From NCBI GenBank assembly GCA_951406725.2, contig OX597821.1, forward strand, positions 73,718,001 to 73,782,000: DNA of 64,000 nt. Direction: 5' to 3'. The translations under genes and the position numbers were made by a program. This stretch comes from Octopus vulgaris. Its lineage: Eukaryota. Under the pieces are notes generated by a model, which had not been told where the DNA came from, did not search any database, and saw only the letters and a program-made list of their open reading frames with translations. Below, piece after piece: positions 1-13,300 of the stretch (the first letter of the stretch is position 1; each line of letters opens with the position of its first letter).

Positions 1-978
1 AATCAGTTCTCCTTAATGATATTGTAACGAATCAATGTTCCATCTGCATTGCTAATTTAAAGATTAGTCTTGTGGGGGTTAAATCCTTTCTTAGCTTCTT
101 TGTTTTTCCTCCTCCATTTCTACGTTTCTTTTCCAATATCGTCTTTTTATTTTCCGATTTTCATGTTTTTATTTTCATTTTCTTTTTTGCCTTTTTCCTC
201 TTTTCTTTCTTTATTTGTTCTTCTAGTTGTTGTTGTTGTTGTTGTTGTTTTACATCAGCCGTGACTTCTTTATTAGCTTTTAATCTTTGAGAAATCATTC
301 TGACGTGGGTCACATCGGAATACTAAGTTAATTTGTACACAAAGCTTCTCCGTGTATTCTTGTTCGTATAAATAAATAAGTGAAAAGGGAAAATAAAAAA
401 AAAGAGAAACAAAAACTGGCGAAAAAAGAATGAAAAAAAATCCTCAGTGAATTCAAATAAGAGTTATTGAACTGAATAGATAATCCGTAGATTTTTACAG
501 TTTCAATTCTATCACCTAATTAAATCTTTTAAAACTTTTGCTCCAGAATGGATTGATTCTAACCGAAGCGAAAATGTCTTTACTTTTCGGTGGCATTCAC
601 CCCCCCCCCCCAGTTTTCTCATTCTAACAGTAAAAGATTATCGTTAAATTAAAGCTTCGAAAGAAATCGCTGCTTTTACTTCGCAATGTTGAGAATCCAA
701 CCAGGAAGTCTTAGAATAGCAGAGATAACAGAAGACGAGAAAGTGTCAAAGTGGTTGTTCGATCTGTTAGAAATAACAGTTAAATTTCCCTCATATGACG
801 TAAGAAAATAATGAAGAACACATTGGATTATGTAGTGTTATGCATGATCCAAGGTTCTTAATTAATGGCGTTAATGATTTCGATCGTAAGATTATTAGAC
901 AGCCCCTAGGATTATGTTTTCTCAGACAACCAGGTAAATATCTGCCTACGTTATCCGGTGCAGGAACATCCCATCCAT

Positions 979-980
<2 letters not shown>

Positions 981-1064
<84 letters not shown>

Positions 1065-1098
1065 ACACTCACACAAACACACACACACACACACACAC

Positions 1099-1140
<42 letters not shown>
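981..1140. repeat. (CA)n followed by (TA)n microsatellite
   Basis: Directly visible dinucleotide tracts; source of the HTHT/YIYI ORFs. Confidence 0.97.
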
Positions 1141-1143
<3 letters not shown>

Positions 1144-1213
1144 CGAAATGTAACCACATGTGAATCGTTGACGATTCTTTTTTACCTTCGCCTTCTTTTT
1201 CTATTGGACTTCT

Positions 1214-1252
1214 CTGTTTCTGACGAAGAGCTTTGCTCGAAACGTATAACGG
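1214..1252 (+). ncRNA. Minimal type-I hammerhead ribozyme motif (PLE-terminus type)
   Basis: ctgtt(t)-CTGACGA-a-GAGC-ttt-GCTC-GAAAC-GTA-(t)aacgg: intact core, 4-bp stem II, stem I with one T-T mismatch next to the cleavage site, palindromic ACGT instead of helix III. Confidence 0.65.
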
Positions 1253-1342
1253 CCTTTCTTTCCTTCCATGAGCGTCTGCTAATACTTTGCATGTACCACA
1301 TCCTCGCGCTGTTGTTTTTTTGTGATCTTCGTTTTTTTGATT

Positions 1343-1391
<49 letters not shown>

Positions 1392-1402
1392 CACACATGT
1401 AT

Positions 1403-1745
1403 ATGATTGATTGATTGATTCCAGTTTCAGCTCATGAGCTGTGGCCATGCTGGGGCACCGCCATTTGGTGTTGCTACACAGTTTTACTTCACGAAAGCTT
1501 TTTAGCAACTGCCATTTGGTGCATGAGAGAGTTCGATGCAGCTGCCCTCATCTGCACCTCCTGCCGTGAAGTTGGTTCATCTGGGATACCTGACAGGAAG
1601 AGATCCAGTTTCATTTTAAAGACATCTGCGTCCACCCCATGCAGGTCTCTTAGGTTCTTCGGGAGGATATTGAAGAGCTGTGGGCCTCGGAAGCCCAGGC
1701 TATCACAGTATCTTGTCCTACATCTTGATGGCAAATTTGGAGTCC
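1403..1745 (-). mobile_element. CR1-clade LINE 3' end fragment with (AATC)n tail
   Basis: Minus-strand peptide [49 protein letters not shown] is homologous to the ORF end at 10443-11321; both flanks are (TA)n. Confidence 0.85.
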
Positions 1746-1746
1746 T

Positions 1747-1978
<232 letters not shown>

Positions 1979-2004
1979 GTGTATATATTTATGTATGTGT
2001 TTGA

Positions 2005-2188
2005 TTCGCTAGCTTCTGCACGCATTTTTTTCTCTCCTTGTTTCTTTCTGTGTATCTTTCTGTTGAAGAGCGTAGGCTCGAAACGTAAAAGACTTGTTTT
2101 ATTTATATTCCTGAGCGCCATACTAATACAATTGTTTGTTTATATTCCACCTGCCTTCGTCTTTTGTTTATTTTCATAAAGCTTCCCG

Positions 2189-2190
<2 letters not shown>
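2005..2190 (+). mobile_element. Short dispersed repeat carrying a hammerhead-like motif (2055-2092); second copy at ~59200-59370 (-)
   Basis: tcttt-CTGTTGA-agagc-gtag-gctc-GAAAC-GTA-aaaga; downstream sequence (gagcg..actaataca..tgttt..cacctg.cttcgtctttt) is shared with the 59.2-59.3 kb copy. Confidence 0.6.
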
Positions 2191-2241
<51 letters not shown>

Positions 2242-2529
2242 TATGCGTGTGTTTATCTCTCTTTCAGTCAAATATTGCAGGGCAAGCTGAATCCTTCCCA
2301 CCTTTCAAGTTTTAGTTGACCACGTGAACAGCAGTACTTATTTACGCTAATACCTATTGTATCGCTGTGTAGTTATTGAATCACTAAGTTACGTGATGCA
2401 CACATGTGTGTATAGGATTTGGTATCATAATTAAACACAGACACACGCACATACTCGTGCACACACATTTATATTGTGATTTGTATTTTTGATAAATACA
2501 AAAGTTGAACCAATTGACGATGACCAATG

Positions 2530-3420
2530 AAAGCGAGAAGCAGATACCAGAAGCAATATCGCGATGTTAATGATCTTTTCAACTCTCCAGAAGATTGCTT
2601 TGCAGGAAATGCGTAATCACATGCAAAATGCATCCTATGAGGATTGCCTTTCATCTGCGATAATCGACATTTGGATTGCCGAGTGTTCTTGAAGGAGAGG
2701 ATCTCTAGAAATCGATCGCCGGTCAGAAAAGTTTATGGAAGCACACCCCCCAGAAAATGTCATTGCTATCGAGTGTCTTTTAACGAAAGATTTATCAGGA
2801 ATAGTGTCTGAGATGTGGCAGGCATTTTGAGAGCTGGTTTGGCAGCAACTAACAGATTCATTCACGAACATTTGAAAGTGTTTTGCTTGTTTGGTTTCCG
2901 ATCATACTGAAGCCAGACATGACTACCATGTGGAGTACTATGCTCTGAGACAAATCCCAAGCTCATATATGACATCTGGAATATGTTCAAGCAATGATCG
3001 TTAAGTGATAAGACATGGAAATGTTACTAAGGTCTCCAACTTGAAAGAATTACCGAAGCAGTAGAATTCCAAGCGTACCCTGCCGGTCAAGAAGGTTTGG
3101 CCCAGTGCGTGCAAAACCATTTTCCTAATCTTCTACAAATTTGAGAGTGTGATGTTAACCGATTGCAAGACATACAAAACAACAATCTCTTGTGACTATT
3201 CTGTTGATTCCATTCGGCGACTGTGAGATTGTATTAAGACAAACTAGAATGGTCAGTACAGATGTCCGGCTTCTTCTCAACAAGGCACCGACTCACATGA
3301 CCCGTGGATCAAAGAATATTTCTTTATCAGATCTTTTGCTCCCTTTGGTTATATTCCTACATTCCAAAAATTCTGACGCATCATTTGAAGGTTTGGTAAT
3401 TCCGTTGCGATGAAGAATTG
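2530..3420 (+). pseudogene. Highly decayed mariner transposase
   Basis: Manual translation gives remnants in the correct order: HTH region (EDCLSSAIIDIWIAE..RGSLE.DRRS), WFPIILKP (~WVPRLL), DKTW (~DETW), SACKTIFLIF (~SAGKVMLTVF), NKAPTH (~DNAPAH); many stops and frameshifts. Confidence 0.7.
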
Positions 3421-3449
3421 AAGCAGGCTATATTATATAATGCAGTTAG

Positions 3450-4340
3450 GAAATGGATGGTTAGTTCAAGGATGGTTGGGTGACGGAATGGATTGGTGAA
3501 TTGATGGCTGGCTAGCTTGGTGGATGGATGGATATATGGCCGGATGGTTGAATGAATAGGGAAATGGGGGTGGGTGGATGGTTGATTGGATGATTGGTCA
3601 AATGGCTGGATGGATGGACGGATGGATGGCTGAAAGGCAGTTGACTGGTTGGATGGTTAGAGAGATGAATTAATGGGACAGCCAGGGATGAAGCTGAAAT
3701 ATTGAGAAGAAAGGAAAGAAAGAATAGAAATGTAGAAGTTAAACGTAGAAGACGAAGAAGAAAACGAAAAATACGATGAAGATTATGATGAAGAACAAAA
3801 AAAGGGAAAGAGGAGGATAATAAAAAGAAAAAGATAAAAAAGGATGTGGAGAAGGAGAAGGAGAAGGATAAGATAAAGAATAAGAAGAAGGATAATAAAA
3901 AGAAAAAGAAGATGAAGGAGAAGAAGAAGAAGGAGGAGGATAAGAAGAAGAAGGAGGAGGATAAGAAGAAGAAGAAGGGGGAGGATAAGAAGAAGAAGGA
4001 GGAGGATAAGAAGAAGGGGGAGGATAATAAATAGAAGAAAAAGAAAGTAAAGAAGGACGATGAGAAGGAGAAGAAGGGGGAGGATAGGATAATGAAGATA
4101 ACGAAGGAGGAAGATAATAAAAAGAAAAAAGAAGATAAAGAAGAAGGAAGAGGATAATAAAAAGAAAAAGAAGATAAAGGAGGAGAAGGAGAAGAAGGAG
4201 GAGGATAAGATAAAGAAAATAAAGAAGAAGAAGGAGGAGGATAATAAAAAGAAGAAAAAGATGAAGAATGAAAAGCAAGCGAATAAGGAAAAGAATTAAA
4301 TAAAGATAGAGTAAAAGAGACGATCAGAAAGTGGAGAAGA
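3450..4340. repeat. (GGAT)-like then GAA/GGA purine-rich low-complexity tract
   Basis: Directly visible; explains the poly-K/E and poly-S/P ORFs. Confidence 0.9.
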
Positions 4341-5946
4341 GGAAGGTGGGTGATTGAGACAATTTTAGTGGTCAGGTGAAAAGGTGCTGAAGGTATGATA
4401 TGGGGTGGGGTGGTGGAGACTGGTAATTGCTTGGTGGTGAGGGGTGATGGTCAGGGTTAGACTGGTTGAATATACGACGACAAAGATAATAACATTTGAT
4501 TATATCGCTAATGCCTGTCACCGATGTAATGCGATTGATTAGTTCGACCGATGACTTAAACCAGCATCTCCCCTACCCCACTCACACTTCTCCCCCTACT
4601 TTTCTCTCCTCCTATTTCTCCCCTTTTCCTTTCTTTCTTTGTCTTTGACCCTTTTTTTTATTGTTTTTGTTTTGCTTTACACTTGTAATTTTCCACTTAA
4701 GAACTGAACTATTTGCTCGGCACACTCAAGCCCTGGAGATAAAAACAACAACGAGAGCCACAACAACAACAATAACAACAGCAGCAAAAACGTTGAAGCC
4801 GCAGGGAATCTTATTAGAAACCATCTTTGTCGCTAATAAGTGTAGAGAGCGGAAGCAATCAGTTGACCACCGCTGACCAAACTTTATTCTAGACATTGTT
4901 AGAGGTCGTCATCTCTTTCTCTCTTTCTTATTGTTTCTTCCAACAATATTTGGCTTGTTAAATCTTTCCCAGATTCTGCTGCTCAAATAATAATGGTTTC
5001 TTACATAGACACACAAGACAGAACAACTTGTGGAACATTGTGTGTGTGTGTGTTTAAAAATCATTTGATTAATTAAACCCCAGTATTTTACTGGTACTTT
5101 ACTGTTGCTTCACTTGTACTTACTTTAACCGTCTTCAGATTCGAAATATAAAGCAACGCTTACTAAATAACACAGTTTCTGCCGTCCCACCGATTCTATC
5201 ATCAACAAAACAGACTACTACTACTACTACTACTCTTCCTCAAAGAACACAAAGACAGCACAAAAGACATAACACAAACGTAGTCGTAGTAGCATAGGGG
5301 GTGAAGGTAAAAAAAAACCAAGTGGCACAACAGTTTGGTTTTTCAGTCCTTACCATCCGTTTGGTGGTTTTTTATTTTCGCATCCACGGTGGGTAACACA
5401 TTTCTAGAAATGCTCTATAGTCTTTGTGGGTCATTAAGACTTCCATCTCCATTCGACCTCACACCGTTCTTAATTACTTCGGCTTTTCCCACCGGTCATT
5501 ACTGAGACCAAAAAGTGACAATGAACGAAAGGCCAACTTCCATCCTCAATACCCATTTACCGTGGCACCCGTATTATATCGCCCACTACCCAAACCACCT
5601 GGTAAGTGAGTTACACCTCAGATCGACCGCAGCTTCGTCTTTCTTTCAGCTGAGAGAGAACATATGGTTCCATATACCGGCCTTTTGTTATAATTGCTCT
5701 TCCACTGAATAACAAAGGCATATTCTCGAAATACAGAATTTTATTTGAATTGATGGACCTCAGGTCTTTACTGGCTCTTTGTTGGCCCTGGAAGAATGGA
5801 AAGGAAATATGATCCAAGCGAGGTTTGAACTAAAAACGTGAAGGTAAAAAATGCTACTTTGCACTCTCTACAGTATTCTCTGCTAAATAATAATTAAAAT
5901 AATTTAAATGATTTGACATAGACACAAGGCAAATCTATAAAAAGAA

Positions 5947-6532
5947 GGCGGCGAGCTGGCAGAAACGTTAGCACACCGGGCGAGATGCGAAGCCGTATTT
6001 CGTCTGCCTTTCCGTTCTGAGTTCAAATTCCGCCGAGGTCGACTTTGCCTTTCATCCTTTCGGAGTCGATTAAATAAGTACCAGTGACGCTCTGGAGTCG
6101 ATGTAATCGACTTAATCCGTTTGTCTGTCCTTGTTTGTCCTCTCTGTGTGTAGCCCCTTGTGGGTAGTTAAGAAATAGGTATTTCGTCTGCCGCTACGTT
6201 CTGAGTTCAAATTTCGCCGAGGACGACTTTGCCTTTCATCCTTTCGGGGTCAATTAAATAAGTACCAGTTACGCACTGGGGTCGATATAATCGACTTAAT
6301 CCGTTTGTCTGTCCTTGTTTGCCCTCTCTATGCTTAGCCCCTTGTGGGTAATAAAGAAATAGGTATTTCGTCTGCCGCTACGTTCTGAGTTCAAATTCCA
6401 GTGAGGTCGACTTTGCCTTTCATCCTTTCGGGGTCGATAAATTAAGTACCAGTTGCGTACTGGGGATCGATCTAATCGACTGGTCCCCTCCCCCTCCAAA
6501 TTTCGGTCCTTGTGCCTAGATTAGAAAAGAAT
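5947..6532 (+). mobile_element. tRNA-derived SINE family A: head + 184-bp tandem units + terminal unit
   Basis: Head ggcggcgagctggcagaaacgttagc (A-box-like), gagttcaaattcc (B box), central gcctttcatcctttcggggtcgataaattaagtacc; gtatttcgtc recurs at 5995, 6179 and 6363. Confidence 0.92.
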
Positions 6533-7709
6533 AAATTTATGAATAGGAAGAGTATTTGATAAGATCAGCTCGAGTACTTGACTTGTACTTTATTTTATCG
6601 ATCCTGAAAGGATGAAAGACAAAGTGAACCTCGGCTGGATTTGAACTCAGAACGTTGCTCTGCTTATTCACCTTACTCAGTTATTGTTGCGCCAAATATT
6701 AAACATTGTGAGACTACAACTATTACAGTATGCTATCGATGATGGTGGTGGTGGTGGTGGTGGTGATGGCAGATCGAGATATGTAGATATAGAAAACTGG
6801 TGATCATTATGTGAGAACAGCCTCACAATCGAACAATTATAAAAGCTGTTTGATTTATTAATGTCAAATATGTTGGGTCCCCGCGAGGTCTGATTGATTG
6901 CTTGAATGAGACACATCTTTGCATCATTTTCTCCAACTATCTTGTTTGCAACAATGACCACGCACTTCTTGTACGACGGGGGAAAAAACATAAACACACA
7001 CACACACACACATATGTATACATAAATATATACATACATTGTGTGTGTGTGTGTGTACACGTCATCCCCATGTCCCTTCGCGCCTTCACTGTGGTTCACG
7101 TGGTTTGATGGATGATGCTTCGTTATTTATCTCCGCCTTGTCCTCAAGGAGCGATTATCGGTGAGGGTAGCTATAGTCATGACACGATACTGTCTAGTTA
7201 CTGCAGCTACAATAAAAACAACAACAACAGCTACTACTACTGCTACTACTACTACTACCGCTGCTGCTGCTGCTTAGCGGGGCTATGAGTTCGTCAATGA
7301 TCGGCAGCCAAAAGTTATCTGATGTCTGATCCCTAAACTGTTTGTACCGCAGTCACGACGTACAACTGTTTGACTGCCATTTTTATATCCTAAGATCTGC
7401 CCCAAACGTATGGAATGAAACGGAGAGCTTCCTACTGAAAATCTTCAAAACATGTCCGTTACATACACTCAACTAATGTCTTGCGGCTGTAAACACATCT
7501 CGTTATGTGGCTTTACGTTCAAATCCCACCGACATTAGATTAATCTTTTCTGGGGTAGATATTACAACTACCATTAAAATACTATTTACGCTCTCAAATT
7601 TGTGACCATGAGAGAAAGGATTACTATTTTCAGTGGCTTTATTTGTATTACAACCTTTCACTGCACGAACGATCACAGCCCTCTGCAACTGACAAGGTTT
7701 TGTGTATGG

Positions 7710-8040
7710 ATTTTATATTCTTTCGTATTAAACGTAGTCCCACATAGGTCCATGTAGAACTATTTTCTTCCAATATTCTGTGTATGTGTTGGTCCTGGGA
7801 TTGAAGTTTTCTCTTTGTATTTATTTAAATATTTTTCTTGAGCTATTTCTACATTCTGTTTACCTCCTTTTTTCTATAGAGTTGAATAATTTCTCCATTT
7901 CTTTAAGAGATCAATTGTCTTCTGATAGCACTGATTCTAGAGTCTTATCTTAGTTGTCCTTCACAACAATATCCAGACAGCAAGCCGTGACTTGCATGTC
8001 AGTATGCAATTGGATATCCCACAATAAGGCCGAAATACCT
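7710..8040 (-). pseudogene. Decayed R2/R4-group LINE C-terminus (restriction-like endonuclease)
   Basis: Minus-strand LLWDIQLHTDMQVTACCLDIVVKD resembles the ILWD..TD....RPDIVVKD motif. Confidence 0.5.
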
Positions 8041-8289
8041 CCGATATATGTCTTTACTTTATCTTTGTTGTTGTTTGTATTTCATAGTCCTGTTATAACT
8101 TCTACTGTCTATACATAGTATTCGCTAAAACCTATATATATATAAAACTTTCTTGGAAATGGATGCGTGGTGTTCGATCATATAATAACATATTTAATAT
8201 ATAAATATATGCATATATACATACATATATATATGTACATGCCTACATATATATACATATATATATATATTATTTATACATATATTTAC

Positions 8290-8455
8290 ACGACGTGCTT
8301 CTTTCAGTTTCCGTATACCAAATCCATTCACAAGGCTTTGGTCGGCCCGTGGCTATAGTAGAAAACACTTGCCCAAGGAACCATGCAATGGAACTGAACC
8401 TAGGACCATGTGGTTGGGAAGCAAGATTCTTACCACACAGCCACTCCTGCACCTA
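8290..8455 (-). mobile_element. SINE family B, 5' half
   Basis: Reverse complement caggagtggctgtgtggtaag...ggttcagttcc...cttgggcaagtgttttctactatagcc matches the copy at 56577-56955. Confidence 0.88.
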
Positions 8456-8512
8456 TACACACAAACACACACACATACATTTACACATATACATATGTGT
8501 TCATATACGCAA

Positions 8513-8567
<55 letters not shown>

Positions 8568-8879
8568 TATATATGTGCGCATCTATATCGATCCTGCTTT
8601 CGTCCCCTTGCTACTATAACGGCCCCTTCCTGCCCCCGCCTTTATCTATTCGCCTCTATCGTTGATGCACTCTGCAAAATGCTCAGCACCGTGACAGCAC
8701 GACATCCTATGTGTCTTCCCGTGTAAAACTGAGGTGGAATCTTTGCGAAAAAAGAAAAAAAAATCAATATTAAAAAGCGATGGAATTTGTTGGGAAGCGA
8801 AGCGAGAAAAGATGCAACCGAAAGCGTGCAAAGTCTTTTTCAATAAATCTATAAAACTATGCATGTTTAATGAATGTAT

Positions 8880-9236
8880 GAGGTAGAGAGGGAGAGAGAG
8901 AGGATAGTGAGAGAGAGGGGGAGAGATGGAGGGTTAGAGAGAAAGAGAGAGTGAGAGGGGAGAGAGAGGAGAGAAAGGAGAAGAGAGTAAGAGAGAAAGA
9001 GAGAAAGAGAGAAAAAGAAAGGTGAGAGAGAGAGAGAAAGAAAGAGAGGAGAAAGAGTGAGAGAGAAGGAGAGAAAGGGAGGGTTAGAGAGAAAGAGAGA
9101 GAGTGAGAGGTAGAGAGAGGAGAGAAAGGAGAAGAGAGTAAGAGAGAGAGAGAGAGCGAGCGGTTATTGCAAGACAGGATGGGTTTCTGTGTGTGTGTGC
9201 GTGTGTGACTGAGTGAAGGAGAGAGAGAGAGCGAGA

Positions 9237-9272
<36 letters not shown>

Positions 9273-9611
9273 AAGAGAGAGAGAACGGAAGTAAATTGGC
9301 AGAGAAATGTAAGAAAGGAAAGAGTGAGAAGGTGAGGGGACAGAGAGGAGGAAAGCGGGAGAAACAGAAGTACATAGTGAGGGAGTGATAATAAGTGAGA
9401 GAGAGAGAGAGAGAGAAGGTGAAAGTAAAAAGGAGTGAGAGGGAGGCAGAGAGTTAAAGTAAGAGAATAGGAAATATAGAAGTGGGGAAGTAAGAGGATT
9501 TTTAATAGTAGAGAGAGGGAGAGAGAGAAAGAGAGGGAAGGAAGGAGGATGTGTGAGCGTGCGTGTGTTTGTGTGTGTGTGTGTGGGACAGTGAGATAGG
9601 CGTGTATACAT

Positions 9612-9643
<32 letters not shown>

Positions 9644-9740
9644 GTATATGGAGATATATATGTGTGTGTGTATGTGTGTGTATACAGATAGGTATATATA
9701 TGTATGTAGATGTATATATATGTATATATGAATATAAATA
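8880..9740. repeat. (GA)-rich then (GT)/(CA)/(TA) simple repeats
   Basis: Directly visible. Confidence 0.92.
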
Positions 9741-9874
9741 TATCTATATAATGTGTGTGTATTTATATATATGTATATTTAAATACACACACATTATATA
9801 GATATACACATATATACATCTACATATATACATATATATATATCTATATATACATCTACATATGTACATTTATT

Positions 9875-10255
9875 CTTTTATTATCTTACTTGTTTCATTC
9901 ATTTGACTGCGGCCATGCTGGAGACCAGACTTTTAGTCGAACAAATCGAGCCCAAAACTTATCCTTTGTAAGTTTAATACTTATTCTATTGGCGTCTTTT
10001 GCCGAACAGCTAAAGTTTCGGGGACGTAAACACACCAACAGCGGTTCACGGCCGACGGTGGGGGAAAGCACAAAGACACATACACACATACATATATACG
10101 AGGGCTTCTTTCAGTCTCTGTCTACCAAATCTACTCACAAGTCTTTGGTCGGCCCGAGACTATAGTAGAAGACACTTGTCCAAGGTGCCACGCAGTGGGA
10201 CTGAACCTGGAACCATGTGGTTGGGAAGCAAACTATTTACTACACAGCCACGCCT
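9875..10255 (-). mobile_element. SINE family B, full length
   Basis: Both halves present, with the internal CA/TA spacer. Confidence 0.9.
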
Positions 10256-10429
10256 ATATATTTATAATATATACACTATACATGCATACATATATATATA
10301 TAAACATATATATATATATTTATATATATAATATATATTTATTTATATATAATATATATATTTAGTTGTATATATAATACACACACACATATATATATAT
10401 TTCTTTCATTTATTTTTTCATTTTTTATT

Positions 10430-12620
10430 CTGTAGTTTCAGCTCAAGCAGCGGCCTTACCGATGCACCGCCGTTTTGCTACATTGTTATTACTGAGAGCC
10501 TGCTCCAATATGTGGCACTTGGTGAAGAATGGAGTTGGTTGTAGCTGCCCTTGCCGTGAGGTAGGCTCATCTGGGACTCTCGGCAGGAAGAGGTCCAGCT
10601 TTGATTTAAAAACGCCTACATCTACTTTGTGCAGGTTCCCCAGGCTCTTTGGGAGAATATAAAAACGCTGCGGGCCCCTTAAACTCAGGCTGTTGCAGTA
10701 ACTAGTCCTGATGCGAGATGACGTTGCTGGGATTTTTGGCACTATGCAGTGTCGTCTCGTTCTGGCATTGTTGTATCTTTCAATGCCAAAATTTGGCACA
10801 ATTCCTTCCAAAATCTTCCAGATGTATATTACTGCATACCTCTCCCGTTTTCTCCCCCGAGAGTAGAGTCTTAGCTGTTTCAGCCTTTTCCAGTAGCTGA
10901 GCAGTTGCAAAGAGACGATCTTCCTTGTGAATCTTCTCTGGATTGCTTCAAGGTCCGCTGTTAATTTCACACTGGTGGATGACCATAGCTGTGAGCAGTA
11001 ATCCAGGCGGCGGAGGACGAATGTCCGCCAGAAGACCATCATGGTTCCCTTATCTCTGGTTCTGAATGTTCTCAAGATACATCCAGCCAGTCGTCTGCAC
11101 TTTGTCGCCATCCTGGTAATGTGCACTTGGAAAGAGGTATCATCACTCATGTCTATACCCAGGTCCCTTACTGATTTAGGTTCTGGGATTGTAATTCCCT
11201 GTGGACCAGTGTACCCTGTAAGTTTCATATTCAGTTTTGGACGACGGTAACGCAGGGCTTGGAATTTTTCAGCATTAAACTGCATATTATTAGCCTCAGC
11301 CCATCTGTAAATTGAGTCCAACTCCTGCTTCAGGTGTGCAACATCGCTGGGGTTCTGTATTTTCTGCGAGACTTTCGTATCGTCTGCGTAGCTTGCAAGG
11401 GGGGCTAGCCGGGCAATATGGGGGCATATCTGGGAGGGCCACTATAAAAAGCAGTGGTCTCAAGACAGTGCCCTGTGGAACATTGCTCACTATTTGTGTT
11501 TTCATAGAGGTGGTTCCATTAGCCACTACTGCCTGACTCCTATCTTAGTGTAGCTTCGTTGGATTGCTTCGAGTTCTGCTGTTAACTTTATATTGTGTGG
11601 TTACCATAGTTGGGAGCAGTAGTCCAAGTGGCTGAGGACGAATGTCTTCCAAAGGTCCATCAGTGTCTCCTGCTCTCTTGTTCTGAAAGTTCGGAGAATC
11701 CATCCAGCTAGCCGTCTGCATTTTATTACCAAATTAGTAATATGCACTTGGAAAGATGCATCATTGCTCATGTCAATGCCCAGGTCACGCACTGGTTTTG
11801 ACTCAGGAATTACAATTATACCGGGCCAGTGTATCCAGTCTTGCATGTCGTTTACCTTTGTGTGCCGGTAGCGCAGGGCCTGGAACTTACCTGCATTAAA
11901 CTGCATGTTGTTGTTCTCAACCCACCTGTATATTGTATCCAACTCCCGTTGCAGGTGTGCAACATTTCCAGGGTTTTGTATTGTGTGAGAGACTTTTGTG
12001 TTATCTGCATAGGTAGCAAGGGTGGCTCCATGGGCCACGACTGCCTGCCTTCTATCTTTTAGGAAGTTGTGCAGCCACTCTCCAAGTTTTCCGCCTATGC
12101 CGAGATCACGCAGTTTGTGACAGATCATGGTCGACTTTATCAAAGGTTTTTGCAAAGTCGAGATATATCACATCCACACTTGAGACATTTAGTAGCTGTT
12201 TTAACAACCAGTCATAGTGTTGCAGGAGCTGTGTTAGGCAGCTTCTACCTGGTCGAAATCCATGCTGGGTGTCAGTCAGCAAGTCATTTTCTTCAAGGAA
12301 TATGATTAGTTTCTTGCGGACTATTCGTTCCATGACTTTGCTGATGTGTGAGGTCAGGGAGATAGGCCTATAACTTTTAGTATCTGCTCTGCTTCCTCCC
12401 TTATGGATAGGGCATATTATCCCTTCTTTCAATTTAATTTGGAGCTTACCCCTTGCAAGAAAGCTCTGAAAAAGTAGCTGTAGCGGTTTTGCAAGGGCTC
12501 TTTTGCACGATTTGAGAAGGATCGCTGGAAATCCATCAGGTCCATCTATGGCGAGTGTGATATCATCATCTTCAATGTTGATGTACTCAATTTTTGCCTG
12601 TTTGGCTACGTCGAGCAGAT
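10430..12620 (-). mobile_element. CR1-clade LINE reverse-transcriptase pseudogene (two fused fragments)
   Basis: YRPISLTSHISKVMERIV, QHGFRPGRSCLTQLL, DVIYLDFAKTFDKVDH, VPQGTVL, YADNTK, RDLGI, LDYCSQLW; the RT C-half occurs twice (11601-12030 and 10443-11545); frameshifts. Confidence 0.93.
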
Positions 12621-12779
12621 GTATAAAAAAACAACAAAAATGACATGGAAAGACTGCAAAACTGTTTATCTCAGAACATTCAGTTCTTCAGTTCTGCGAC
12701 TCTAATCTTTTTTAAAAACATCTTTCTTGAGGATAAGAACGTTGGAAGTACAGCAACCCATCGCCATCAAAATATATAT

Positions 12780-13300
12780 GACATTAAGAAAACTTTCACG
12801 TATAAGTTTCATCAAAGCTGTGTTTGCTACAAAATATTTGGAGGAGGGAGAAAAATAATTCATTCAACCATGTTTTCAACATGTGATTGATTTTCTTGGA
12901 GCTTATGGTTAGTGCCAAAAGATTCATTGCGAGTCGAATCGAAGATGAAGTATTTTTTTTTTTACCTTATGTATTATTAATCTTAATAACGATGGAAACA
13001 CTGAATCCAATGTCAAATGCAGAATCAGAAATGCGATCAAATTATTTCAACAGACATACAAGATCTGACCCATGAACATATTGGACACCAATATTAAAAA
13101 AGAAATCTACCTTTGTATTAGCATCGTACAAATGACGGCGCTTTATGAAAGCGAAACACGGAAGAAATAACCCAAGTCACCAAAAAGTCGGTAAATTTCA
13201 TCAAATGTTATAGAAAAAGCTCCGGAAAATGTTGCATCATGATCATCAAATCAGATACGAAGAAATGAGAAGTTCATGGACAAGGAGACGGAAAGAAACA
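12780..13300 (+). pseudogene. Decayed RTE-type LINE fragment
   Basis: Remnants NDGNTESNVKCRIRNA and TALYESETRK (~LLYGSETW). Confidence 0.5.

Noticed and set aside
1-30. Resemblance to the reverse complement of bantam miRNA (aatcag...aatgat)
   Set aside because: The seed region does not match and no precursor hairpin is visible.
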